A stretch of 64,000 bases of DNA from Pristiophorus japonicus (GCF_044704955.1 NC_091991.1:136028001-136092000); one strand, 5' to 3'; shown: positions 25,671 through 38,084, numbered from the stretch's first letter. The notes: generated by a model from the sequence alone, not told the origin. Numbers and translations are program-made.

Positions 25671-26499
25671 TGTAGTCTCCTGGGTACAGCAAATGCTTGC
25701 CACTCCTGTAAGCAGTCTGAGCATCTTGTGTTTCAGTGTAATGTCCAATATCTCACTATATATGATATTCTGACCCAGAATGTAACAATTGCACACCCTA
25801 GTGATCTGTCTTTTTTGCATATGCTCCCACATGCCTCTCCAATCTTTTAAAAGATGGATGGAGAAAACATTTTGTAAGACGATATGAATTACAATTACAA
25901 TTAAGTTACTTTGTTTTGCTTGTAGAGCAACAGTTATGGATGGAGTCAGTTAATCCCATCAGTACAACTTGTCTTTACATAATAATATAAAATAATAAAT
26001 AGGCTACGCTTTCCCATATCAGTGCTTGACATGTATTGCTTGACATATAAAACAAAATCATTTCTTACTATCCTCTTGAGTTCTCTTTCTGAGCTTGCTG
26101 AAAGTGTGCCTTTTTATTTAAAAGTCTGACTGAACTGCCTGTACCTCTGTCTCTGTTGTTTTAATCAGACAGAAGGGCCCTGCCATGTGCCCAGAATGAG
26201 ACCCCTTCCAACACAAAGGTGTTGGGTATTTAGCGATTACTGAGACAATTATTGTTTACAATCTTTGGGGAACAGTTTCAAAGCCGAGTATATTAGTATT
26301 TTAATCACCTTTTTTTGACTTGTATGAATGCATTTTGCTTTAAAACATATCCCTAAATCCTTTCTGTGGGAAGATAGTCAACGAATCCTGAAACATGACC
26401 CACCACCACATGAAAGAAAACGGTCTCTAAAATCTGAACATGAGATCAATGCTCCCTGATCATTTGTCTCTTCAAACTATGCCCTGCATAAGGTTGCCA

Positions 26500-26520
26500 T
26501 CATCATCATAGGCAGTCCTC
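26500..26520 (-). mobile_element. 21-bp RTE 3'-tail insertion with target-site duplication
   Basis: Reverse complement GAGGACTGCCTATGATGATGA matches the RTE end at about 2573-2594; flanked by AGGTTGCCA (26491-26499) and AGGTTACCA (26521-26529). Confidence 0.75.
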
Positions 26521-26599
26521 AGGTTACCAACCTACTCCAGGCAGTTGACATCCAACTTGCCAATCTTGCACTGCCTCTCCAATGTGTCTGCCAAGGAGT

Positions 26600-28130
26600 T
26601 GTGGGTACTTAAGGGGCAACCCTGCCCTGTGAGGTCATTAAACCAGTTCTGACATTTTATTGTTATTCATGGGATGGACATGGTGACGTTGACTGCCTAT
26701 GACTTACTATGCCATCTCCTTCCATATTGCTGGCATCAGTCTGATGAACTTCCAATCGGGTGCCAAATAGCTGATCCCTCTTTGCTATTGTCTTTGCCAA
26801 CAACGTGTCCTTGGATTTGTCAGAAAATTTCTGGGTTATTACCACTGCCAGACACCTCTGATCCTCTGCTAGTTCTCATTTCTGTTCTCTGTCTTCCTCA
26901 AATTTAAGTGTTTCTCATCCTTTAGTCAGCTGCAGTCTTTTAAATGCTCTAGTCAAATTGTGTTTTCTTCCCTCCCAGTGGGGATTAAGGGAGGTCAGCC
27001 TACAGAAATCAACTCTAGCAGGAATATTGCTGTATATCTGCCCTAAATATCCAATGAGCTCCCTTCCAGGAACATGCTGTGGGTTACTGGCAGTCTCATG
27101 TTGATGGGTGGAAGTCCTGCCCTGCCAGTTTATAGGTGAGGACATGATGGCAGAGGAAATGAGAAGATGTAGGCAGAACAGTTATATGTTGAGCACATTT
27201 CAAAGTTAAGAGATGGCCTTGCGTATGAGAGTTTGCTGAATAGTTCTCACAGCCAGCTCCGAATTCTGTTCTACAGCCTCCTGCGGTTTCTCTTGCATCT
27301 GGAAGCTTTCCTCTTCTGGTGCCTCCATGATCATGACTTTTTGCAGAGAAAAGATGTATATCGTACAACACACTACCACAATCCATGAAACTTTGGACGG
27401 GTTGTATTCCACATCCATCAATGCACCTAAAGCACTGTTTCAATATGCCAATGGTGCACTTTGGTGGATGCATGCTCTTCATTATATTGGTGTTCAGGTC
27501 TTATCCTGGAATCCTTGAGGCTTGATCGTGCAGGAGTCACCCCGAGACATGCTTTTGTGGATCAAGTATTGGTGGAACCATGGACTTCCTTAAAATGAAG
27601 GTTTTGTGACGAGCTGTCTGCAAAGCTCACATTGACTTGTGTAATCCAGCATCAATAACTGCAAGCGAGTTGAGCATTCAAGAGAGTGGAATCCTTTCTG
27701 ATTCATGTACCTAGTGGCTTGTGCAATGGAGCATATGAGGGCACACGGGCGGAATCTCCAACTCCCTGTGTCTTCAGGGTTTTTGCCATTTAGTAAAATT
27801 GCATAGTTTTCTCGTGTTGCTGCCAGAGGTGAATGAAGAACAAGATGAAATTTCTTGCTTGAGGAAACAAAGCATTTGTACCTTGCTTTATTCATCTATA
27901 CAGACTGACTATCCACTAACCGAAGTCATCAGTGGCACCTTGGAATGATTCGGAGACACGAGGTTAAGGGCATTGCGACTTCCAAAACCATTGGTCGTGC
28001 CTGTGGACGAGTTTGGCTGCAAGTAACCTCGCAACATACGGCACAACTTACTGATAGTTTTGGGTACAGACCCCGTCAGTTAAAGTGCCCGCATTTAAAT
28101 CGGGAATAATAGCACTAACCGTTTCCATTT
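26600..28130 (-). mobile_element. Degenerate PIF/Harbinger transposon (HARBI1-type DDE transposase plus Myb/SANT remnant)
   Basis: Minus peptides YMNQKGFHSL, TIGILKQCFRCID, VEYNPSKVSWIVVVCCTI; Myb-type start QKFSDKSKDTLL...KRDQLFG (26663..26845). Confidence 0.75.
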
Positions 28131-29080
28131 CCAGTATAGTCAATTACAAAATCGGCAGAAACTATTTCGTGCAGAAACAGGTGTTCACTCAGTAGTTCGC
28201 ACCTCAATAAGTACAATTGCTCAGCATTGACTGCGGTAAGTAAGTAAATCACACCATACTAAGGTCAGAAGCACAAAGTCGCCGGCAGATAGTCTTTAAT
28301 TTCCACTGTAGTAGGGCTGCCACCACCTCTACTTTCAACGCTCTTTCACATAACATCTTTTATTTTTTAGCTTTCTGACTACACGCCCTACTGACATTAA
28401 ATCTAACGGATTGATATTTCAGTTCTTCTAAACATCATGATTGTTGCGGATAGCGGGGATAAACCGTCCAGTGTGTTTAGCGGGAAAACGCAGTGGCACC
28501 ATTATGCCCACTATAAGCGGCCTTGTATTTCTCTCGGTTTTCCAGTGCACTTCCACTTTGGCGGCGGTGGGGGGGTGGGGGGGAGGACTTGGTACCCCGC
28601 CCCCAGAGCAGCAGCCTCCATGGTGCCCTGAGTCAGGGGGTACCCTAGATGTGCCCTTAGTGGCACGGGACCTGCAGCGATCTCTAGGTAGACTGACCTT
28701 CCTTGATCCCCTCTGGCAGTGTCAGGATGTCCATCCCACAGCTTTTCAGCCCATTTATCTTTCTACTAACCAATCTATTTATTTTAAGAAAATGGAACAA
28801 TTGTGAAGAGGTGCAGTACATTGATAGACACACTGACTTAATGAAATATCTTTTGCCATAGTTCTGATATTGTGTACGCCTGTGCAATACTATTTTTCAA
28901 GAAGATAGCTCGTCAAGTCAGTTGTCCGAGACTTGGTTTTACTTAGCCCGATGAGTTTGCACTGCAACAATTTTAATGTCACAGAAGCTAATAATGTGGA
29001 CCTGGAGGATGCTTTATTCACAGACCTGCATGGGAAATGAAGGGCTTCTTTAATTTCTTAGAAACGTTCTCTCTTTCCAG

Positions 29081-29205
29081 GGCTCTGACTGATGTTCTGA
29101 AACAACAGGGTCAATGTACCGCCAATCACGTGGAAAGAGATGGGAAGGTTGCAATTCACGTGCAACATGAAAACATGCAGCCTACAAGCTCGAGGAACAA
29201 TTTTG
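29081..29205 (+). CDS. shisa8: Shisa8/9-type gene, coding exon 2 (125 bp, phase 2 to phase 1)
   Basis: Acceptor ttctctctttccag|G; completes the R codon from exon 1 and reads ALTDVLKQQGQCTANHVERDGKVAIHVQHENMQPTSSRNNF, homologous to the Shisa8/9 post-TM segment; donor G|GTAAGC. Confidence 0.92.
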
Positions 29206-30299
29206 GTAAGCTTTACAATTTGACAGGCTTGTGTGGAGCAATTATGGCATGATTGTTTAGTCTTTTTGGTGATGTCTTTCCTGAGATATACTTTAAAAAT
29301 GTCATCCTAATACTTGGATTATTCTCATGTCTTAGTTAGGAATGCAGCTCCTTTAGCCTTCTACAGAAAAGTAAATGGCATGCCATTATTTTACTGAGTT
29401 TTGCTCTAATCTTTTCCAATTCTGAGTTCCAAAATGGCTGCTGTCAAAAGCTGACAATCAACCAGGCAGGCCATAAGCTCATCAAATTGTGACTGAGATA
29501 CTCCAGAATCTTGACAGTCTCACTTCTAGTTCCCAGTCCGAATGACTTCTGATTCTCCTCTGAGTCAGACTCGAGTCTCACATTGCAGTTTTGGTTGGAT
29601 GGTGGGTAGGGAGGGAAAGAGGCAACTGCTGAAGAAGGAAAGAAGAGCCATAGAGATAGGTAAAAGCAATCGGATGGATAACAAATCTGGTAAGTTTAGA
29701 TTAGTAGTTTCCAAAGTAAATTTGGTTAAATTTAGATGGCTAATTTTTCCTGCATGGTGCAGACATTTTCCTGTTAATTCCTTGGTGGCTTTTTTGTATG
29801 AATCACCGTGGATCAAAATGTCTAGATAGTTCAATTGGTTCCCTACTTTTACTCGGTGTGTTCTTGTGTATATTCTTGTGTTTTATGATGTATGTCTAAA
29901 GGAACATGTAATATGTAAAAAGAAAAATTACAAGACATTGAAGAAAAGGTATCATTTATAAGAAAACTCTGATCTAATGACTTGTAAATGCTTTCAAATT
30001 AAATGCTTTGTTTCTGTATTAAGCCATCATATCGAAGTTTGCATATGTGGATTTTAATAGAGCCTGTTCCCCATAAGAGCAATCTAGAATTACCATTAAA
30101 ATGTTCTCTTAGCATAAATTGCTGTTGTGAGTTTTTTGCCTTCCCATTTGTGCAATTTGAAGGCAATGCTGTAGTACTCTTCGGGGAAGGGGAAAGTCAA
30201 CTGCTCGTGAGTGGAAGCTATTAGAGCTACTGCTGACTAGCTATAAACACACAAGCTGGAATTTACTCGTATTTTGTCATTTTTGTGGCACATCCCCAT

Positions 30300-31335
30300 C
30301 CACTATGAAAGGTTCTGAGGTCAAGCTCTGAAATTCCCAATGGCCATTCCTTTGTTTGCCATTCTAATAGAGGAGAAAGAGGATGGAGGAAAGTCAAGTG
30401 AGGAGGCACATGATGGGGATATGTTTTAAGATAGTATGCCTGCAGAGCATTTACAGGCCACACAGGTCTTATGTGAGAAGCTCTGTGTTAGACAAGTGCA
30501 TTTTATCAGAGAGGCAACAGGGGATCTATTGCATGGTGGCCCACAGCCATGGTTATCTGTGGTTGTGATGGTTACAGCTGCGCACAACTTTTATGCTACT
30601 GGCTTATTTGAAGCAGCCATGGGCGATCTGTGCAATATCAGCCAGGATGCCATCTGGGTATATACTCATCAATGACTGCCGCAACATTTAGGAAAGCTGG
30701 GGAACTCATTTGGTTTGGCATCATTGCAAAGCAGCAGCACGCGAGGACCATCCATCTCTATCAGAGTGCAATTGATGGCACTCGCGTTGCTTTGCGAGCT
30801 CCTATGACCAATCTCCTTAACTTCTATCCCCACTAATGTTCTGATTATGTGCAAAGAATCTTCCATGTTAATGCAAGATTTGCTAGAAGCTGTCTCGACA
30901 CATTTGTCTTTAGGAATTCTGCCATCCCTGAGCTCTTCAAGGAAGATAATCACGTGAATAGATGGCTTGTGGATGCTTTGATGTGATAGATAATGGCCTC
31001 TGTAAGAGTTGCATATACAGCAGCTGAGGAGCGCTACAATAGGCACATGGCTCTATCAAAGTTGTCACTAAAAGGACTGTCGGGATCTTGCTTTCGTTGC
31101 CTTAACCTGGAGGAGCTCTGCAATAGGCTCAATATTTGTAGCCTGTTGTGTCCAGAAAAACTTTGTCTTCCAAAAAAGTCCTAGACATGGACATTCCTAG
31201 GGAGGTGACTTTAGCTGCTTTGGAGGCAAAATAACATTGAGAGCATCAGGATGGCCATCATTTGAGGAGTCTGCAGTGACTGCTGCAAGGGACATTAGAA
31301 CACAAGTGGTAAATGAAGTGTTCTCATCTGTTTGA
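30300..31335 (+). pseudogene. Decayed Harbinger/HARBI1-like DDE transposase
   Basis: VTAAHNFYATGLFEAAMGDLCNISQ; QSAIDGTRVALRAP (AIDCTH catalytic D motif); AAEERYNRH; many frameshifts. Confidence 0.8.
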
Positions 31336-31738
31336 TACAATCTACCTTTGTTACAATTGTCATAACTCCTCCCCATCTTTTAAATAAAAGACAAATGTAC
31401 CCATCCTGCACCACATCACATCAGATGTCTTTGCTCCAACATGACCATGCATGTTAATCATCTGACTGAATAATTCTGTACAAAATAAGGGAACCTTTTC
31501 ATATATGTTTATAATCTCCACATATAACAAAGTACTGTACACTCATTTGACCATATTTTACAAAACTATACTTGTTGCTGGGATAATAAACCTATAAGTT
31601 CTCGGTCTGGTTCAGCAGCGAATCCATATGTATTTTGTGAATGTTCATTTCTATCCAGCAGTGAATCCAAATGTATTATATAAATGTTAATTTTTATCCC
31701 AATTTCCAAGAAAATGAGACTACAACCTTAGAGGCAAC

Positions 31739-31897
31739 GGGGTCACTTTCACCTTGCCCGCTTGGATGGTAAACTGGTGGAGCAGATTACCCGCCCATTT
31801 TCGAACCCACCTAATTTCCATTTACATTTCCATTGATCTCAGGTGGGTGACCACTCTGCCAATTCACCATCCAAGCAGGGAAAGTGAAAATTAACCC
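31739..31897. mobile_element. Small palindromic MITE (about 160 bp)
   Basis: Imperfect inverted arms of about 55 bp: GGTCACTTTCACC..GCTTGGATGGTAAACTGG versus CCAATTCACCATCCAAGC..GTGAAAATTAACCC. Confidence 0.7.
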
Positions 31898-32064
31898 TAA
31901 TGTGTTTTATGAGACCGCAATAAAACCCACAACAGCAGCACATGCATAATGTATGAATAACACCAGGAAAAAAATCGCAGAGTATGAATGTATCATCAGT
32001 GAACTGGGAGCCCCCCTGTGGTTGGATAATGTTTGTTGGCCACATCAAGTCACAGGTTGAAAAT

Positions 32065-32440
32065 TGTAATCGTGGTCTTTAAAATTATGAAGGGGTTTGA
32101 TAGGGTAGACGTAGAGAAGATGTCTTCACAAGTGGGCGAGTCCAAAACTAGGGGCCATAAATATAAGATAGTTGCTAATAAATCCAATAAGGAATTCAGG
32201 AGAAACTACTTTATCAAGAGGGTGGTTTGAATGTGGAACTCACATGGATTGGTTGAGGCAAATAGCATAGGTGCATTTAAGGGGACACTAGACAAGTGTA
32301 TGAAGGAGAAAAGAATAGAAGGATATGCTGATAGGGCGAGGAGATGAAGTAAGATGCGAGGAGGCTTGTGTGGAGCATAAACACCGGCATAGATCAGTTG
32401 GGCTGAATGGCCTGTTTCTGTGCTGTAAATTCTATGTAAT
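32065..32440 (+). mobile_element. CR1 LINE 3' fragment
   Basis: VFKIMKGFDRVDVEKM...KTRGHKYKI...FRRNYF..RVV; 3'UTR GGCTGAATGGCCTGTTTCTGTGCTGTA. Confidence 0.9.
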
Positions 32441-34135
32441 AGTGTAATCATTGTGAAGTGACCCTAACTGACTCTAGAGAAAAGCAGTGTGAGGCCCTCC
32501 TGCAGGGGAGATAGTCTTGTACTGCTCTGGTCAACAATGCATGGAGTAAAACTCAAGTTTAATGTCAAGCCTGGATTCAAAAGCGCTCAGAGTCTCTAAG
32601 CCTCCTGACTACCTTTAAGTATGCTCAGTGCTGGTTTAAATGTTTAGAGTGCAAACACTCACGCACGTTGCTGTCAACATTTCAATGTTAACCATTGGGA
32701 GGGGAGTTCTGTGCATATGAATAAGTAAACGTATATGGACAGAGTTGTCTTCTTGGCTGGAGAATTGCAGTTGGAGCCAAACAATAGAAGCAGTAATTTC
32801 CTTTTAACATCAGGAGCAATGATCATTAATATCTGAACCAGATTTGTAGTATTTGCAAGACAATTTAGAAACTAGTGATTTACATTTCATGATAAAAATA
32901 GAGATGCAATACTCCACAGCACCAATGCCACAGCATTGCTTTGAGGTATGTGTCCTGGATTAGAAAAACAAACCCTCCTGTATATTCTGGACTTTTATGT
33001 TCATCACAGCAGTAAATTGCGAATTTATTAATTGATGCACCTCACAGTCTAAAAACATCTGACAGCTTGCCTCTTGTTTAGGATAATTACATGTACTTCA
33101 TCTGAAGGAAAATTACAGCAGTTGCAACACAATGTGTGCAAACTGAGCGGCGTCCGTACTTAGCATCTAAACCAATTCTGAAACTAATTGACTTCTGAAA
33201 TAGCATGTACTTAAAGGCTTGCCATAAGTAGGGAAGAACACATTTGAAAGTCCTTAGTTATGTCGCTCAGCCTTTTAGCTGTTGTGCGAAATGTTTAGCT
33301 CGCCTAATGGCAGGTAAAAGCATCCTTGTTTCCACCGATTAGTAAGGGAGTCTGAATAATTGTGGTGCCAATTATACTCTTTTATTGCATGAATGGGTCA
33401 TTTTCTACATATTTTTGGAAATAGCTTCCTTGTGCATATTAACATATTGGTAAAGATATTTGATTTATGAACAAATTCTGTGCCTTTATTTATTTCCCCC
33501 TTGAACAATGTCCCTGACATAATACATTCAGAGATCTCAGGCTGGTTTGGTGTTGAAAGGCACATATGTTTTAAGTTGGGTCCTGTTAGGCCAGCACTGT
33601 TTGATTAATAACGGATAATACACGCTGGTTATTTCTTTTAAAGAATTACTATTTCAGCTGTTATTTTCTTTTGAAAACAGTTTGGTATTTGATGTTAGGA
33701 ACACCAGTGACTGCAGCATCTTGCCTTTCCCCTCTCTACAGAGTAAACAGGAGTGTACCATTATCATATCCATTCATCTGAAATATTTACCATAGAAGAT
33801 CGCTGCAAGTGTTGGAGATCATGTTCGACATGCTGGTCCACGGTAGTTAAATGCAGACATTGATTCTGCCAGAACATGTCTTCTGTCAACTCTGGTGATT
33901 TCAGTGGCACTGTCCTCGGTCCTGCAGCCTGAATGATCAATCAGGACCTTTCATCTTCAAAGACAAGAATATAATGTCAAACAGATTGTAAGCATGCCTG
34001 GAGCTTTTGCTGTTCTTCAGATCATTGGCAGAGTTGTTATCGAGGGCTTCAGATCCAGCCTTTGTTTAACAGATAGCAAACTCATCAGAGGGTTAGTAAT
34101 AGGCAAGTTTTGTGATGGAACTGTTTTGATACTAT

Positions 34136-34312
34136 ACAAAAGCAAAATACTGCGGATGCTGGAATCTGAAATAAAAACAGAAAATGCTGGAAATCTCAGT
34201 GGGTCAGGCAGCATCTGGGGAGAGGTCAGGTCATCGATCTGAAACGCTAACACTGTTTCTCTCTCCACAGATGCTGCCTGACCCGCTGAGATTTCCAGAA
34301 TTTTCTGTTTAT
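34136..34312. repeat. Palindromic interspersed repeat with inverted arms of about 50 bp
   Basis: AAACAGAAAATGCTGGAAATCTCAGTGGGTCAGGCAGCATCTGGGGAGAG versus the reverse complement of CTCTCCACAGATGCTGCCTGACCCGCTGAGATTTCCAGAATTTTCTGTTT. Confidence 0.85.
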
Positions 34313-34399
34313 ATATGTTTTGATACTGTTCTCATTTCAAAAATTATCTGTGCGAATAGACTGTGATTATATAGTTAAACAATGAATATGTGTTTCCCT

Positions 34400-34835
34400 G
34401 ATGGGTGGCTCAGTGAATTTATTCCATAAGTACCTGAGCCACGGAGATTAGGAAGTTCTCGGATACAATCCTCTCTCTCTGCCGAATTCATTCTTCTCTC
34501 CTGGGGTTATACAGGTATCCACAATTTACCTCAGCACTTTTGGTCATAGAAGGGAAATGGGCCAAAGTTCCCACTCCTGATCACTTCCCGTGACCTCTGC
34601 TGGAAGTTTATAGGTGTGGACATTGGGTGAGAACAGAATGATGTTCCGAACGAGATGGCAGATCACATCATTATCACACAATGGTCAGAAATGACCCCAC
34701 ATTCAAATAAGCTGCTAACACTCGCCATTGAGGCTTATTCATGAATAATGGCCACTTGAGCGAGGTATCATAGACACCTGTCAATCATGGAACTGTCATG
34801 CAACAAGGAAGGGAAAGGAGGGGAGAAAATTGATG
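34400..34835 (+). repeat. Ancient tRNA-SINE-like repeat
   Basis: A-box-like GGTGGCTCAGTG head; body similar to 16640-16790 and 22230-22295; purine-rich tail. Confidence 0.45.
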
Positions 34836-35208
34836 AGTAAAAGAAACAAAACTCAACAAATACGTCCCCTTCCTTTAATGCACTAGTATTTTGTACATTA
34901 TTGGGGTGATTCCATCATCAGGATCTCTCAGTAAGAAATGGAACTCGCAGAAAGTGCAGGTCAGTAGGTTCTGGATCCTTTGTGGCTAGAAAATCAGAGG
35001 CCCATAATGCTCCCTGCAAGTGTTGCTCTTCACTGGGAGCGCCTGATCACCGATCATCCAATATATGAAAACTTGGTGTATGAGTCACGCGCCTTTATAT
35101 ACCATCTCATCATGTAGAAACAAATCAAAGTGTTTCATACAATGAAATACAGTGCTGACAAACATAAATGATCACTTGACCAAGGTATCAGAATAAGAGT
35201 CAGTGGGA

Positions 35209-35875
35209 TAGAAACATAGAAACATAGAAAATAGGTGCAGGAGTAGGCCATTCGGCCCTTCGAGCCTGCACCGCCATTCAATAAGATCATGGCTGATCAT
35301 TCCCTCAGTACCCCTTTCCTGCTTTCTCTCTATTCCCCTTGATCCCTTTAGCCGTAAGGGCCATATCCAACTCCCTCTTGAATATATCCAATAAATTGGC
35401 ATCAATAACTCTCTGCGGCAGGGAATTCCACAGGTTAACAACTCTGAGTGAAGAAGTTTCTCCTCATCTCAGTCCTAAATGGCCTACCCCTTATCCTAAG
35501 ACTGTGTCCCCTGGTTCTGGACTTCCCCAACATCGGGAACATTCTTCCCGCATCTAACCTGTCCAGTCCCATCAGAATCTTATACATTTCTATGAGATCC
35601 CCTCTCATCCTTCTAAACTCCAGTGAATAAAGTCCCAGTCGATCCAGTCTCTCCTCATATGTCAGTCCAGCCATCCCGGGAATCAGTCTGGTGAACCTTC
35701 GCTGCACTCCCTCAATAGCAAGAACGTCTTCCTCAGATTAGGAGACCAAAACTGAACACAATATTCCAGGTGAGACCTCACCAAGGCCCTGTACAACTGC
35801 AGTAAGACCTCCCTGCTCCTATACTCAAATCCCCTAGCTATGAAGGCCAACATACCATTTGCCTTCTTCACCACC
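35209..35875 (-). mobile_element. Young CR1 LINE 3' fragment
   Basis: (GAAACATA)n tail; KKANGMLAFIARGFEY...LEYCVQFWSP; RFTRLIPGMAGL. Confidence 0.95.
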
Positions 35876-35879
35876 CGCT

Positions 35880-36059
35880 ATAATTTCCACCTTTGCTGCC
35901 TGGGCAGTGATCTTGTCCATGGGATGCACACCCATTGTTGAACCTTTCTGATTTTCACCTGATTGGAATCAATGGTATGAAAATCAAGCTCATTTTACAG
36001 CAACAGGGGATCCACTCTACCAGATTACTGCTCAGGTGGTGGAGGTGAAAATGACCCCC
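35880..36059. mobile_element. Small palindromic MITE related to 31739-31897; left terminus split by the CR1
   Basis: Right end GGTGAAAATGACCCC; left end can be rebuilt as GGGA (about 35205) + TAATTTCCACC (35881). Confidence 0.5.
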
Positions 36060-38084
36060 AGTGTCTTCAGAAGAGGGGCAAAAAAATGGGGTTACATGGG
36101 GAAGTAACACACCAAAAAAAATGAAATGCGTTCTTTTGGATTATGAGGGTATTCAGTTGTGGAGATGTTTCCTCATTCCTCTCACAAATCATGCGGCGCC
36201 CATTCTGTGATTCATTGCTCTTTGATGGCTGTGTGTTCATGATTTGCCTTGCCAGAAGAAAAATATTAATAGTGAAAATATTCCTGCACATTCTAATGCT
36301 TTAAAATTCCACACGTAAATAATTTTCAAATGGTTCTATAAAAATATAATCCTATTAAGTAGACTAATAAAAGTATTTGAAATATAAGGGCCCAATCTTA
36401 AAAAAGGGGAGACTTGGCATTTGAATATCAGTAGAAGGAAAAGCTTTTGCTCTGAAGATGTGAAGTGTTTTTGAAAAATTGAATAGGGAGAATAATAGTT
36501 AAATCTTCCATAAATCCAAATGTTTCTTCCCCTTTTCCTGTTAATTTCCCTTTCCCCTTCCCATCCCACTTCCTCCCCTGAAGGTGTTGACTCTTGGCTG
36601 AGATGTGTGGTTAAATTCACTGATATCCAGTGCCCAGCCGACCTGAAGGGATGGTGTGTTATAGGATGGCCCTAACACCAATTCTCTGACCCACGCTTCC
36701 TTTTCTGTGTGGCTCTCCACTAAGAATGCAGGATCAATAAATGTACATTCTGGTCCCAGGTGCGTTGGGTGCCTTGCCCAAATGCCTGTTCTAGATAATA
36801 AGTGTTAGTATACTGTTTTGAAGGCAGGAAGCATGACAATCAAGCCTCATTGCACATGACCTGCATATATAATTAGTTTCAAGCATGGGTTGCTGTAGAA
36901 ACTAGTGAATTTCCATTGCACTTGTGGTGCCGAGGCATGAATCTGTCAGGTTGCAAAGGTAGAGACCATCACAGATAACAACAGAAAATAATAATAAATG
37001 TCACAAGATGAAGAGAATTTCAGTAGAAATTATATACTCGAATACCTGATGAGAAGGGGCTTATTTTTTAAAATTTAAAATTTAATTTGACACAAGCATT
37101 ATTTTTCTATGCCCAATACACTGGGAAAACATTAAGACAGGGTTACCATAATGCAACAGTGTAATTTGCTACTTGTGCAACATCTTTACAAGAAAAAGAC
37201 AATTAAAAATTTGTATTTCAAATTTATATTTTTTGAAGGCTTTATAAAACGTGTGGCAACTGAACACCATGGTATGACCTGGATTCTCCTTTGGGCAAAA
37301 AGTAATGAGTTGCAATCAATGATACATCTGCAACTGTGCAATTATTTTTGTAATTGGTTGTAACTGCCACATTCAAATACTGAAATGACCAGCCCTTGGT
37401 GTTCAGCCCAGGACTGAAGCAATGCCACTTGTGAGGGATAATACGTATGGTACTTGCATATTGTTAACTGAACACTAGATGGCCCTCTGCTGGGAGTAAA
37501 CGCATTGTAGCAATTACATTTCTCTTGTATTTCTTAGTTATTTTGTGATGTAATATTTGAGAGGGTCTAAAATAAAAGCAGTTAGTTATTATCCCACCAG
37601 TTTGGGTGTTTATTTGGACACAAAAGTGATGCCAAGGATAAAGAACAATGCATTGTTAAGAAGATTTTAGTATTGGATCTTTGTTACTTAGGTAGTGGTC
37701 GGCATTGTCATTGATCTTTTTTATCATGTCGACATTAGTTGGAAAAATTGGAGAGTATCGAATGGGGTCGAGTTGGAATGAGTATGTGGAAAGACTTGGG
37801 GCTGGATTTTATGAACCTGGGTGGGTCCGTGGCGGGCGACATTAGTGGCAAGTCCTAGCCCCACTGCTGGCTCCATCCCGCTGTCTGAAATGAATTTACC
37901 GTGATTGGGCTTGTTAAGCCCGCCCAGCGTGTTTCCCGGCCAATTACAGGAAGCAGGCCTGATGACATCATTTGATGATGCATCATCAGCCAGTTTCCTT
38001 AAAGGGACTATGGTCAACTTTAATTTGACATTTGTGCTGTTGGTGTTCTACAGCATTGAGGTGCTGCAAACGCTGACAAGCAAA

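Noticed and set aside
33725-33790. Candidate shisa exon 3 after a strong acceptor (ccctctctacag)
   Set aside because: In the required phase 1 it reads GAG then TAA immediately, with no Shisa similarity; exon 3 probably lies beyond the window.
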